Shown here one piece after another: positions 24,570 through 35,899 of a stretch of 64,000 nucleotides of DNA. The first letter of the stretch is position 1. Each line of letters opens with the position of its first letter. The translations under genes were made by a program, and so were the position numbers. Under the pieces are notes generated by a model. It did not search any database and was not told the DNA's origin. It worked only from the letters and a program-made list of their open reading frames with translations. Origin of the DNA: Octopus sinensis (Eukaryota); contig NC_042997.1 of the NCBI RefSeq assembly GCF_006345805.1, forward strand, positions 203,236,001-203,300,000, read 5' to 3'.

Positions 24570-25018
24570 TGTCTTCATCCTTGATCTTTCTCTCACCAGC
24601 TGGGTAACCTTGTACTTCCTCATCATCACTGCCTCCAATGCCTCCTCCCCACTTAAAAGTTTTTGTCTTGCAGGTAATTGGTGACCCTGTCAGTGCAGAT
24701 GCCACATAAAAGCACCCAGTCCACAGTGTAAAGTGGTTGGTGTTCGGAAGGGCATCCAGCTGTAAAACTCTTGCCAAAACTGACCTAGCCTGTGCTTGTG
24801 CTACATAAAAAGCACTACTCATCTCGCCTGTGCCACATAAAAAGCACTAAGTCCACTCTGCTGAGTGGTTGGTGTTAGGAAGGGCATCCAGCTGTAAAAC
24901 TCCTGCCAAAACAGTCACAGAAGTGTGGTACAGGCTTCACCCTGGCCAGCTCTTGTGGTACCATTCTACCCATGCGAGCATGGGACACGGACATTAAATG
25001 ATGATGATGATGATGATG

Positions 25019-25020
<2 letters not shown>
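24570..25020 (+). mobile_element. RTE-tailed element with duplicated terminal unit
   Basis: Two consecutive copies of ATAAAAGCAC..AGTGGTTGGTGTT.GGAAGGGCATCCAGCTGTAAAACTC (24705-24790 and 24835-24910), then a (GAT)n tail. Confidence 0.75.
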
Positions 25021-25050
<30 letters not shown>

Positions 25051-26070
25051 GAGAAACCATTACAGGAGAAACCAACATTTGTAACAGTTATTATTATACA
25101 GAGATTAGGAATAATATATTTAAAACCTACTGAAAAATCTAAGTCTTACAAAAGGGCAATGTTTTTAAAAATTACAATTTTAGTAGATGATTTTGTAAAC
25201 ATTTGTCAAAAAGAAAAACTCTATAAACAATGTGTCTGCAAGTAGATTCAGCTTTAAATAATACATCTAGTTAAAAACTCCTTCATTGAATATAAAAAAA
25301 AAATGAAGATAGAAAGTTGTGCGGATGCTTAAACATTGTTGTTTTCAGATTATACAAACTTTATTGCTAAGATTAAAGAGTGTGTTTGATGAAAGAAAAT
25401 GGGTAAATAGCAGCATGTTTGTCTGAGTTACAGAAGATAGTTCAAGTACCACAGGCAGCATTTTTTCAGTTCCGTGCCCCACCCCAACTCCAAGGAGACT
25501 TTAACCAACTATTATCACAAGCTATTATTTCTCAATTCACTTTGAAACACATTGCTAATAAAGGGTTTACATATTTCTTAATGGTTCTATATCTACATTC
25601 TAAATAGTTTTTAGGTACTAAATTCTTTGACTAGAACTTGTGTTTTGTATTAACAGCAAGTTGAGAATTATAAAAAAATATTAATTACACCACAGACAAA
25701 TCCCTTATGTATCAGTAAAATAATCTACTGGCACTGAACTTGCCTACGTAAGTCAGTTTAAGTTTGTTGTGAGTTACAAATTCAAATTTTTTTTATAACA
25801 GTCCAGAAAATTGCTTCTTAAGTAACAATTTTGGAAATCTGATGACAAACAAAATAAGAGAGGATTATTTCTTATGGTTTTTCAATCTTTTTGTAGATGT
25901 CACAGATGCTTAGCTCTATACACACACTGACTGATCTGAACCATGGTCAATGACATTCCAACTAGTACATCTAGGATTACATTACTTAATGTGTCTTTAC
26001 TTTCTTAGATGGTGGGGTGTGATCTGAGGAAACTTTGGCTGCTATTTCTAGTAACTTGAGCAACTATATA

Positions 26071-26304
26071 TTGAGTTGGTGCATAATTATTGCAGCTTTT
26101 TTCAACAAATTTTATTCAACCTGTAACAAAAACATCTTTAAATGATTATTCCGGAGTATATTCACCATCTACTTCAATTACTGCTTCCCATTTGCTTGGC
26201 AGACGGTCAGACTGTCATTTAAAGATGTTTTTGTTAAATATTGTTGTTGTTTTTGTTGAATAAAATTTGTTGAAAAAAGCCGCAATAATTATACACCAAC
26301 CCAA
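26071..26304 (-). mobile_element. Mariner-derived MITE
   Basis: TA|TTGAGTTGGTGCATAATTATTGCAGCTTTTTTCAACAAAT ... ATTTGTTGAAAAAAGCCGCAATAATTATACACCAACCCAA|TA (about 50-bp TIRs). The internal minus strand encodes DRLPSKWEAVIEVDGEYTPE*, a mariner C-terminus. Confidence 0.9.
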
Positions 26305-26384
26305 TACAACTCCAGCTACCATTTAGAGGATTCCTTGTATTTTCTAACCCCAACAAACAAAAAATGTTGAACCACCTCAGGACT

Positions 26385-26528
26385 TAACATTCTGAATTCA
26401 AATCCCATCAAGGTCAACTGTGCCTTCCAAATTTGAGGGGTTTATAAAAGTATCAGTCTTTTGACTTGGGTCAATGTAATCAACAAACCCTTTCTCTCAA
26501 ATTCCAGGCCTTGTGCCTGTTACAATAC

Positions 26529-26563
<35 letters not shown>

Positions 26564-26770
26564 AAGTGAATAAGCAGAACTGTTTCAGTGTCAGGGAAAA
26601 AAAGCTTTGCAGTATTTTTTCTGACTCATTATGTTCCAAGTTCAAATCCTGCCCTTTGTCCATCCGGGTATGGTAAAATAAAATATTGGTCAAACACTGG
26701 AGTTAATGGTATATCGACTTATCACATCCACTAAAATTTCAGGCCTTGTGCCTATATTAGAAAATTATTA
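26385..26770 (+). mobile_element. Two decayed SINE family D copies separated by (TAG)n
   Basis: Both show TTCAAATCC heads and AAATT.CAGGCCTTGTGCCT tails (26385-26525 and 26590-26770). Confidence 0.65.
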
Positions 26771-26904
26771 CTAATAAAATCCTTAGTACTCGTATATTTG
26801 CATCACTCTATGATCCTGACAGACTTTTCATTCTGGGAAAGATTATGTACTAAGATAGATCTAATTGCCAGCTCCCTCTCAAAAATATACTCTTGTGCTT
26901 AAGT

Positions 26905-27468
26905 CAGAAATGATGATGATGATAAGCACTGGTTCTCATGGCTTCTAATCTTAACTGATTGGAAGTGTTATCATGTACATGTTTAAGTCTTGGTATAAAA
27001 AAATGGGTTGCAACAAATATTCTGCTCAATACCACACATTTGCTTGTCACTTGTTTGACCTCAACCAGTTGAGCATGTCCCTTAGTGGCTGGTGATATGT
27101 GCATCTCTGATTATGAGCAGTAGTTGAGGAGTATCATAGCCATGTGTTGAAAGGAATTCTTTGGGGTTTGAATAATTCACCTTTGCAAACATGGGTGTTT
27201 CATTCAACATCCTTAAACAAACCTTATTCAGGGACCTTTTGAGTGGCATGGGTTACTCATCCTGAAGAAAATTCTAACTGGGCCCCACCTGCAGGGTCAT
27301 GTGCTGGTTATCTTAATCTGAGATCACCTTGTCATGCATGTGGTTGTGATGCATGTACCTGGTGTACCCTTATCAAACAGGTAGAGATGATGGGTATACT
27401 GGGCTTCATATATTTGTACCCCAGTGTCACTTTGATGGCATGCACTGCTCTCTCAATAATAATAATAA
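26905..27468 (+). mobile_element. Unclassified retroelement-like sequence ending in (AAT)n
   Basis: Moderately GC-rich non-coding block ending GCATGCACTGCTCTCTCAATAATAATAATAA. No ORF; classification is inference. Confidence 0.4.
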
Positions 27469-27900
27469 ATCTGACATTGTTGTAGTGAACAGAAAAGAAA
27501 AAAAACATGCATGATAATCAACATATTATGTCCAAGTGACAACAGGACTGAAGAGAAAGAAGACGAAGAAAAAGTGAACAAGTATGACGAAATAAAGTGG
27601 GAAATACGGGCAATGAAGAATGTGAATGTGATACCATAGTTATTGGTGTGTTTGGAAGTATTATCACTCAACTACCAACGTGGCTCAAGAAGATTGGTGG
27701 AAATGTAAAGGTAGAACACCTACAAAAATCATCATTGCTTGGAACTGCAAGAGTTCTCCACAGTTCTTGAAACATGATCAGTAAATAAGTGTCACCTTAG
27801 TCTGCTGAACGTCTTAACCACACAGCTATATCTGCACCTGATTATTAGTCAGCTGGCTGTGGACAGCTGATGCTTTCCATCATCTCCAGCAAAATAAAGC
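27462..27900 (+). pseudogene. R4/Dong-like LINE 3' fragment (restriction-like endonuclease domain)
   Basis: Across two frameshifts: NKSDIVVVNRKEK/TCMIINILCPSDNRTEEKEDEEKVNKYDEIKWEIRAMKNVNVIP/IVIGVFGSIITQLPTWLKKIGGNVKVEHLQKSSLLGTARVLH (PD..D..KY..PVVIGALG..LQK..LLGTA pattern). It starts at a TAA repeat. Confidence 0.85.
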
Positions 27901-27920
27901 TGAGGTTCTTCAGAAGATAT

Positions 27921-28115
27921 TCTTTCTATTATAAGCACAAAGCCTGAAATTTAGGATAAAATAAAGTACCAGTACTGAAATGGTATTTTATTCTTCCTGA
28001 AAGGCAAAACTTGACTCAGAGGGATTTGAACTTGGAATGCAAAGAGTTGGAAGAAATGCTGCTAAGTATTTGGTCAAACATGTTAATAATTCTGCCAGCT
28101 TGCCACCTTAATAAT
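27921..28115 (-). mobile_element. SINE family D, decayed
   Basis: Reverse-complement head GGTGGCAAGCTGGCAGAATT and tail AGGCTTTGTGCTTATAATAGAAAGAA. Confidence 0.7.
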
Positions 28116-28139
28116 TAAAATTGCTACCAAAGAAGTTGA

Positions 28140-28310
28140 AGAATATTAGAATTATCTCGTGCATTTGCCATCCTGCAGAAAAGTGCTATCCTGCATTCTG
28201 TAAGAATCCTAAGAAAGATTTGTGAGATTTGAGGAGACTTGTCACCAAACAACCCAGTGAACTAAAGCAGCATGTAATAGTATGATAATATAATAACAAT
28301 GATGATGACA
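28140..28310 (+). mobile_element. Second R4/Dong-like LINE extreme 3' end
   Basis: ILQKSAILHSVRILRKICEI*GDL (cf. LQK.A.L.TARILR.VL..*GDL) followed by a decayed (TAA/CAA)n tail. Confidence 0.6.
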
Positions 28311-28397
28311 ACAACGAATAATTTAACACTCATCCAAAAGTAGTAGAAGTAGTAGTTACATGCTTGTTAATATATTCACTAACATTAGTCAATAATC

Positions 28398-29140
28398 AGG
28401 TGCAGATATAGCTGTGTGGTTAAGACGTTCACTAAGCAGCTACAAAGTTTCAGATTCAGTCACGCTGCACAGCAACTAAGCAAGTGTCTTGTACTATAAC
28501 TCTAGGTCAGTCAACACCTTGTGAGGGAATTTGGATTATGGAAACTGCACATGAACCTATTGCATAAGTGTGTGTGTATGTATTTATAAGTATATGGTGA
28601 AGGCATGTGGCTTAGTGGTTAGGGTATTCTACTCATGATTGTAAGGTCATGAGTTCAATTCCCGGTGGCGCGTTGTGTCCTTGAGCAAGACACTTTATTT
28701 CACATTGCTCCAGTCCACTCAGCTGGCAAAAATAAGTAGTGCCTGTATTTCAAAAGGCCAGCCTTGTTAAACTCTGTGTCTCCCTGAGAACTACGTTAGG
28801 GGTACACGGGTCTGTGGATTGCAAAGCCACTGACATGTTAATTTCACAAGCAAGCTGTTCTGTTGATTGTATCAGCCCTTCATCATCATAACCAAGGGAG
28901 TGCTCCTATAAGTATATGTGTTTAACGTTTGTGTGTGTGTTTACAATATGTGTGTATGTGTCTGTCACTGCTAGACAGCTGATGGAACTTTATGTACCCA
29001 TAACCTAGAAGTTTAGTAAAAAGAAGCTGAAAAATAAGTATCAGACCTTACAAAAAAGAAAAAAGTGTTTGGTCAATCAAACCCTTCAGAGTGGTGCCCC
29101 ATCAAAGTCACACAGTCCAACAACTGAATCATGCAGTAAA
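28398..29140 (+). mobile_element. SINE family B interrupted by a SINE family A insertion
   Basis: Head 28398-28560 and tail 28920-29140 flank the nested element. Confidence 0.8.
28597..28906 (+). mobile_element. Full-length SINE family A (CORE-like) with 12-bp TSD
   Basis: TSD TATAAGTATATG at 28585-28596 and 28907-28918; box A TGGCTTAGTGG and box B GAGTTCAATTCC. Confidence 0.9.
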
Positions 29141-30109
29141 AATGAATAACCATTTCAAGCTATTAAAGCACAGAAACAGAGAATGGTAAGAAACAAAAGG
29201 CATTGCTGTGGATCAGGTTTGTAATTGTAGAAATCTGAGATTCCAGGAAGGAAGGGAGAAGTAAAAGAAAAGCCAGGAACAATGAATGTATCTTTATCAA
29301 CAGCCAATTATAACAACTGTGAAGTTTATTAAAAGTATCCTAATGGTTTAGCAGTAGGTTCTTTATGATGTTGCGTTGATAAAGATAATTGTTGCTCTTG
29401 TAGTTTTGAGAATAGACATTAGTATTCATACAGTAATTTTTCATCCGATGATAATGGATGGTAGTGGAATGTATAGTGGTAGGTGTTTGGGAGGGGGGAG
29501 CACATTAGCTCTGAGAACTGTTGCTGCGATGGAAATGGTTTCTGGCAAACAATAAAACCATATCCTTTGCTGAGAGATTGATCTTGGTAAATTCGGTTAG
29601 TTACTGACAACTTACCACCGTACATATCTCTATGAGAGATTTAAAAATTTAATATTTCTAACTTAACAGTTACTAATATTATTATTATTGTAGGATGTAG
29701 CAGAAAAACTTCCTATATTTTAAACAGCCTTTGGTGTGGCACTAGCAAAGTTAGGCAGGTGGTAATGGTGCCTTCATGTAGCTAATGTTTCATGGGTTGT
29801 TTTTGTTTGTTTGTTTGTTTGTTTGTAAGTAGTAGTAGTGGTGGTGGTGGTGAGTGCAGTCATACAATGTACAGCAATAAAAAAAAATCACAGTTATAAT
29901 TACTACCACAGCAGCAACAATGCAAATACATTGGTATCTATTAGCAGCACAGAACCATCAGCTGCTTCGTGGTACCCTTTGTGGAAGGAGAGGGATTTTT
30001 ACATTTGGGTCTCATATTTAACCAATGTTGATGGTGTTTAACACTAGGTCAGCTTGATCAAAGACAATCCAATCTGACCAGCCAGTCTTTTTCTAGCATA
30101 AGAAATATT

Positions 30110-30140
<31 letters not shown>

Positions 30141-30203
30141 GGCGGTGCCCCAGCATGGCCACAGCTCATGAGCTGAAACTAGAATCAATCATATATATAC
30201 ATA

Positions 30204-30443
30204 ATTAAAATTATAATTTAGGGTATCTAAGGGATACCACTACGCTGGAAATAGCAAGGAGAGAAGATACAAGGACAAACTAAACCAGAAAAAAATTATC
30301 CAGTAACTTTTTGCTAGTTTATTTTGTCTCTTTGTCTTCTCTCCTGGTGCTGTATGAACATTTAATGTGGTTTTAGAGACAGGTTTTGGCTGCTATTTCC
30401 AGTGTGGTGGTATCTCTTTGATACCCTAAATTATAATTTTAAT
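30204..30443. repeat. Fold-back element (asymmetric inverted duplication)
   Basis: Outer arms 30204-30256 / 30391-30443, inner arms 30258-30284 / 30317-30344, and a 46-nt segment present only in the right arm. Confidence 0.85.
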
Positions 30444-31264
30444 AATAATTATTACCTTTGAAGGTTTTTATTCCCATGCTGGCCACTTGATAAGATCGAT
30501 ATTTAAATTAACGACCTTATCCTTATTTATATAAATTTATATATATATATATATAAAACTTCATTTGTGACTTTCTTTTCTTTAGGTAGTAAAGAAAACT
30601 GCTACTACTAAGACGTTCAATAACAACATTAGAGGTTCCCTCATTGTCACTATTTTGCTAGTGCAAACCTTTGGTGTTGTTAACTAAAACTAGAGATATT
30701 GCATTGTTGTTTTTAGCCAATGGGGATGATAGTGCAAGACAAGGTTTTTATAGCCAATAGGGAAGGGACTAATTAGTCTTGACTGTGGCTAAGATTAAAT
30801 GCATGATGGAACTTGTAACTGATTCTGTTTTGTACAAGTTATAAGAGATTACCAAGTAGAATGAGGATGAATGTTGATGCAAAAAAGCTCTTGTGGAATA
30901 TGAGAGAAAGGAGTGATGGCTTGTGAAATGAAGAAATCCTGATATCTTTTTGTTTAATGTTTAGTAAGTGGGTGAATTAGTACAGCTGCTGGGTTGATAT
31001 ATATTCTTAAGAATAACTCAAGAAGCAAATAAGTAGCAGGAGAATATATAGGAAGGTACACAAAGATAAATCTGAAGATGATTAAGTTGATTAGAGAGAT
31101 AAAATATAGCTTCAGACCTTTGAGATGATACACAGAGGATAGATATAATGAGGTGAAATTATGCATCATCACATCCGTTGTTATATTTGTGTCTGAATAG
31201 GTTGACCAGAACAACATAAAAACAATAGAAGTCACATTTTAAACATAGGATTTAACAAGATGGA

Positions 31265-31500
31265 AGATTGCATCAAGCTCCAATGCCTTATTTGGCTTGG
31301 TTTTTACAACTAGAAGCCCTTCATAATGCCAACCACTTTACAAAGTGTATTGAGTGCATTAACTTTCACAAAAGAAAAACAGAAAAGACACCCAATACCG
31401 TTCACATTCACCAACTGTCCAATCTATTTTACCTTACACTTTCTTGTATGTCAATTAATCTCTTCTTCCATTATCTCCACTTAATCCTTATATTTCTTTA
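31265..31500 (-). mobile_element. RTE-tailed element fragment
   Basis: CCTTCATAATGCCAACCACTTTACA plus a CT-rich body, related to 14385. Confidence 0.55.
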
Positions 31501-32904
31501 ATCCAAAGATGTCATTTCATTCTAACTATTTCTTTAACTAACTCCAACAACCAATTCATGTTTTGCTCACATAGTTGTGATCAAGCACTTCTACTTCATA
31601 CTTATACCACATTTGCTTTTAATTACTTTTCAATTAACAACTTTGTAGATTAGTCAATCTTTGCTTTCCAATTAGAAATAATTTTTTAGTATGGTGTTTA
31701 AATTTCCTGTGCCCTGAAGCGTCACTAAAATAATACAACTAACTGAATAGTAACATGGCTTTGATAACAAAAATAGTTTTGTTTATAAAAGAACTGAAAT
31801 AAAATTTAACACAACAGACAAGGTATTCTAGAAGAAATTAAAATGCAGGTAAAAATACATCACATTGTGAACAATTAACAAGCAGTAATTTACTTGCGGT
31901 ATTTTACAATACAGAAGGCTGTACTAAAATAAAATACAGCAGATTCTAAGAGTAGAGAATAAATTTAGTTGAGGTATTCTACAATAGACAATATACCAAC
32001 TTCTAGAGTAAATGGATAAAAATAGAATTTTTGGAGATAAAGATAACTGACAGTTTTAATTGTGGGATAAAATCAGCAGTCTGTTTAGCTTTCTGCCCAG
32101 AAATAACTTGATAAATATATAAATAGATCAGAATATACAGCATAACTTAAGTGCACAAGAAGTTTCTAATCTGACAAGTATATAAGCAACAGAGATAAGG
32201 TAATGAAGAACAACCTTATGAGTTCATACTATACTATAAGCATGTTGTTGAGTCCTTGGGGGATTCTACATTCTTTGGTTTATTTAGCCTTGAGAACTGA
32301 TATGGGACCACTGAGAAATTTTCTCAAAATGGGGATCAAGACAATTTTGTTTGCAACAGCAAGAAAAAAAAAGACAATCACTCTGGATATCAAGAAATAA
32401 TGTCAAATCCCACCACCCTTTGTACCATCTCCATTCAAACAAACACTCCTACTTTATTCAGCCTCCTTCCTCTCCCTTATGATGTCCCCTCCTTAGAATG
32501 CCAAATTTCTGGACCCCCCCCCCACTACATGTTCATGTTATTCTAGCAACCCTCAACTATTCAAAAAGGTTCATTAACTACACTGATCTCATTAGCCTTA
32601 GAGTGGCTGCAGAAGTAATTAGTACAGACCAAACCTTTCCATGCTGGCATTGGTTGAAGAGCTTTTCAGAGACTGGGTTTTACAATCAGATGCCATTTCT
32701 GTTGCTAACCCCTTTTAGTCATCTCTTATAATATACAGGCACACAGCAGGCTCTTCTGAAACTGGGACACATTGTATAAAACAAAATGAATTATTTTAAA
32801 ACCAAAATATTTTCCCCTACCATATACTCTAGAATCTGTATAATTCCTGAACCCCTATGTGCTTATTATTCTTTGGGGAATTTTTAATTCCATAAAAGAC
32901 AATA

Positions 32905-33100
32905 AGCACAGGTGCAGCTGTGAGTGGGGACAGGTGTGGCTGAGTGTTTAAGAAATTTGCTTCCCAGCCATGTGGTTTTGGGTTTGGTCCCACTGCACAG
33001 CACCTTGGGCAGATGTCTCCTGCTATAACTCTGAGCATGCCAAAACCTTGTGAGTAGATTTCATAGACAGAAACTAAGCTCATCATGTGTGTGTGTGTAC
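32905..33100 (+). mobile_element. SINE family B head
   Basis: TTTGCTTCCCAGCCATGTGGTTTTGGGTTTGGTCCCACTGCACAGCACCTTGGGCAG..CCAAAACCTTGTGAGTAGATTT. Confidence 0.8.
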
Positions 33101-33111
33101 ATATACACACA

Positions 33112-33149
<38 letters not shown>

Positions 33150-33205
33150 TAGTAATGCAATACTAGAGTATTGCTTTCCAGTAAAGAATAGCCCATGAGG
33201 GAAAA

Positions 33206-33534
33206 ATATACAAAGAAGTAAATATATGGCACAACGAAGTACCGATATTTACTGGGAAATAGCGAATGTAATAATACGACGCTAATGTATAAAGATGAAA
33301 TACCTGGAAAAGGATAATGTGGGACCTGCGCAGGTCCCACATTATCCTTTTCCAGGTATTTCATCTTTCAGATGTTCTCCCTGGAGGTAAGACAATTTTT
33401 TCTAGTTTGTTGCACACACGCATTTTTGCTAGTACATACGCGGTGAAGCTATACATTAGCGTCGTATTATTACGTTCGCTATTTCCAGTAAATATCGGTA
33501 CTTCGTTGTGCCATATATTTACTTCTTTGTATAT
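33206..33534. repeat. Nested palindrome: about 85-bp outer inverted repeats around a perfect 78-bp palindrome
   Basis: Outer arms 33206-33291 / 33450-33534 differ by one indel and one substitution. The inner palindrome 33291-33368 is perfect with zero spacer (centre CCTGC|GCAGG). Confidence 0.95.
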
Positions 33535-33559
33535 ATATATATATATATATAAGAAGACA

Positions 33560-34468
33560 AATGATTCATTACAATTGTTTCTGTACCAACTCTGCTTGCA
33601 GCCCCAGTTTACACAAAAAAACTTTGATGTGAAAATTCATGTAATGTTTGCAGTTTTAGACATTAGAAGGGTACTTCATCAGACTTGCATCAAAAGTGTG
33701 CTGTCACATTGTGTGTCTTCTGGGCATTGTTTGTTGGCTTATAGAAAGGAAACAAAAAATAAAAGTATAATAGGATGAGTAAGTAGGGTAGAGGTCATGT
33801 GGGGTGGGGTGAATAAAGTGGAAGAAGGAGAAGAAAGAAGAATAAGGTGGGGGGAAAGGAAAAGGAGATGGAGAAAATGAAGAAGAGGAAGAAGAAGCTA
33901 AATAACATTAATAAATTAGGTAGGGCCATATATAGCAAATTGCTTTAGTGGTCTGGTACTGAACTTTGATGTATGAACATTTATTTGACCACCAAACAGA
34001 CATTCACCAGCAGACAACAAATAAGAAAATTGTCAAAATTATCAATTTAAAAGCTTTTGTTTTTTCTTATCTGTTGTCACTGGTGAATGTCTATCTGTTA
34101 GTCAAATAAATTTTCACACATCAAACGAAATTCAGTACCAGTGGAATTGTTGTACTGACTGACCACTACCCTACATCCAGATATCCTATATATGGCCCCA
34201 CCTAAATTATTAATGTTATCTAGCTCCTTCTTCCTCTCCTTCCTCTTCTTTCTGTTTCTTTACTCTCCCTGCCATATCATCTCTACCCTACTTATCCCAT
34301 AACCAAACTTTTATCTACTTTTTGTTTCCTCTCAATATAAGCCAAAAAACAATGTCTGGAAGACACACAACATGACAGCAAACTTTTGCATAAATTTTCA
34401 CTTCAATTTTTTTGCATAAACTGACGTTGCAAGCAGAGTTGGTACAGAAACAACTGTAACAAATCATT
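33560..34468. repeat. About 900-bp degenerate fold-back element
   Basis: Arms match from AATGATT..GTTTCTGTACCAACTCTGCTTGCA inward through a purine/pyrimidine-rich block to a centre at about 34030-34050. The left arm has about 45 extra nt. Confidence 0.9.
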
Positions 34469-34984
34469 AAAGATTTGTTAAAGAATTTCTTTGTCTTATT
34501 ATTTGGATTATAATTTACTCTTCACCCAACTCACATTACGGCATGACCATTGTGAAACAAGGATTTTCTACACTTGAAGAATTCTGGCATTGGTCTGGAA
34601 CCTGACAATGTTGATAGCCCAGCATTTGGGTTGAGTGCTTCTCTGGAAATACTCTACCTTTACACCCTAAGAACCTAAGATAGAGAGATACATACATAGT
34701 CAGTGGATCATATATCCAAAAAATAAGTACACTCTAAGGATTGGAGCAGTAATGTAGAGTGTGCTTCTTTTTCAGTTATATGATCCATTGATGATCTATT
34801 CACGACCCGGACACAGAACATCTTACAAAAGGCAACCATGTGGTTTGCGTTCGAGATGTACCACCGCTACACGCATCTACATAATCATGAAATCCACCAT
34901 CCCTCAGATTTGGAGCTTTACGATATAATTAACTTGTGGGAGGGTACACTTCTCAATTCACCATATAAAGGCTGTAAACAAGCA

Positions 34985-35200
34985 TCAGTCATACAAGTAA
35001 TGCTGACCATTTCTAGTCTTCTATGATAAACATGTCTGGCCAAGGGAAAATATTACCTTACTTGGAAACAAGTGTGGGTTGGTGACAGCAGAAGCACCTA
35101 ACTGTAGAAAATTATCCATAGTGAATTCCATCTGGTTCATGCAAGCACAGGAAAATAAACCTTCAAATGATAGTGATAAATGAAGCTGATGATAATGATG
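34985..35200 (+). mobile_element. SINE B / RTE-type tail fragment
   Basis: AAACATGTCTGGCCAAGGGAAAATATTACCTTACTTGGAAAC..CATGCAAGCACAGGAAAA. Confidence 0.7.
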
Positions 35201-35800
35201 CTCACAAACATTTAACATCAGTTTTGGAACAACCTTCCACAGCATAGATTGGACAGGTTTTAAAAACTTTGTTATTCCATAGCTCTTGTGAACAGGTCAT
35301 AATGAACTCACTCTTCTTTAATCCCTGCAAACACTGCAGTCGCTGCCCATGCTTTTCTCTTTTACAGCATCTCACATCTAACACCCACGCCTCTCTCTCT
35401 CTCTCCCATTCTGTTTCTCATTCTCAACAGACTTTAGATTATACACACAATAAACATCAATATACATGTTTGCATTGGTTTTATATTTGATAACAAAAGA
35501 ACAGCTACATAAAAAATACACAAATATATTTGCTTAGATGTGTGTAGGGTGGAGAGGGATGACACGCTTTTGTTCACACTGCAACATACACCAATTCAAG
35601 ATACATGTCTATATATGTACCTATCTATAGAGGTTGTGTAGGCCTTCAACAGAATATGCCTGTGTATAGAAAACATCTAAAAACACTGACAAGCACATAT
35701 TTGTAAACATGCTTAAAAACACACACATTCAAATTTCTCTTCAAACATATTTACATTATATGTGTGTTGAAACACAGAATACACGCTGACAATGAAATGC

Positions 35801-35844
<44 letters not shown>

Positions 35845-35866
35845 CATGTGTGTGTGTGTATTATAA

Positions 35867-35899
<33 letters not shown>

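Noticed and set aside
25349-25402. Plus-strand exon-like segment IIQTLLLRLKSVFDERKW
   Set aside because: Weak donor (GTAAAT), no homology, and no compatible neighbouring exons.
30714-30762. Two CCAAT boxes 37 bp apart suggesting a promoter
   Set aside because: No CpG island, initiator context or downstream exon. The adjacent sequence may be a very old LINE remnant.
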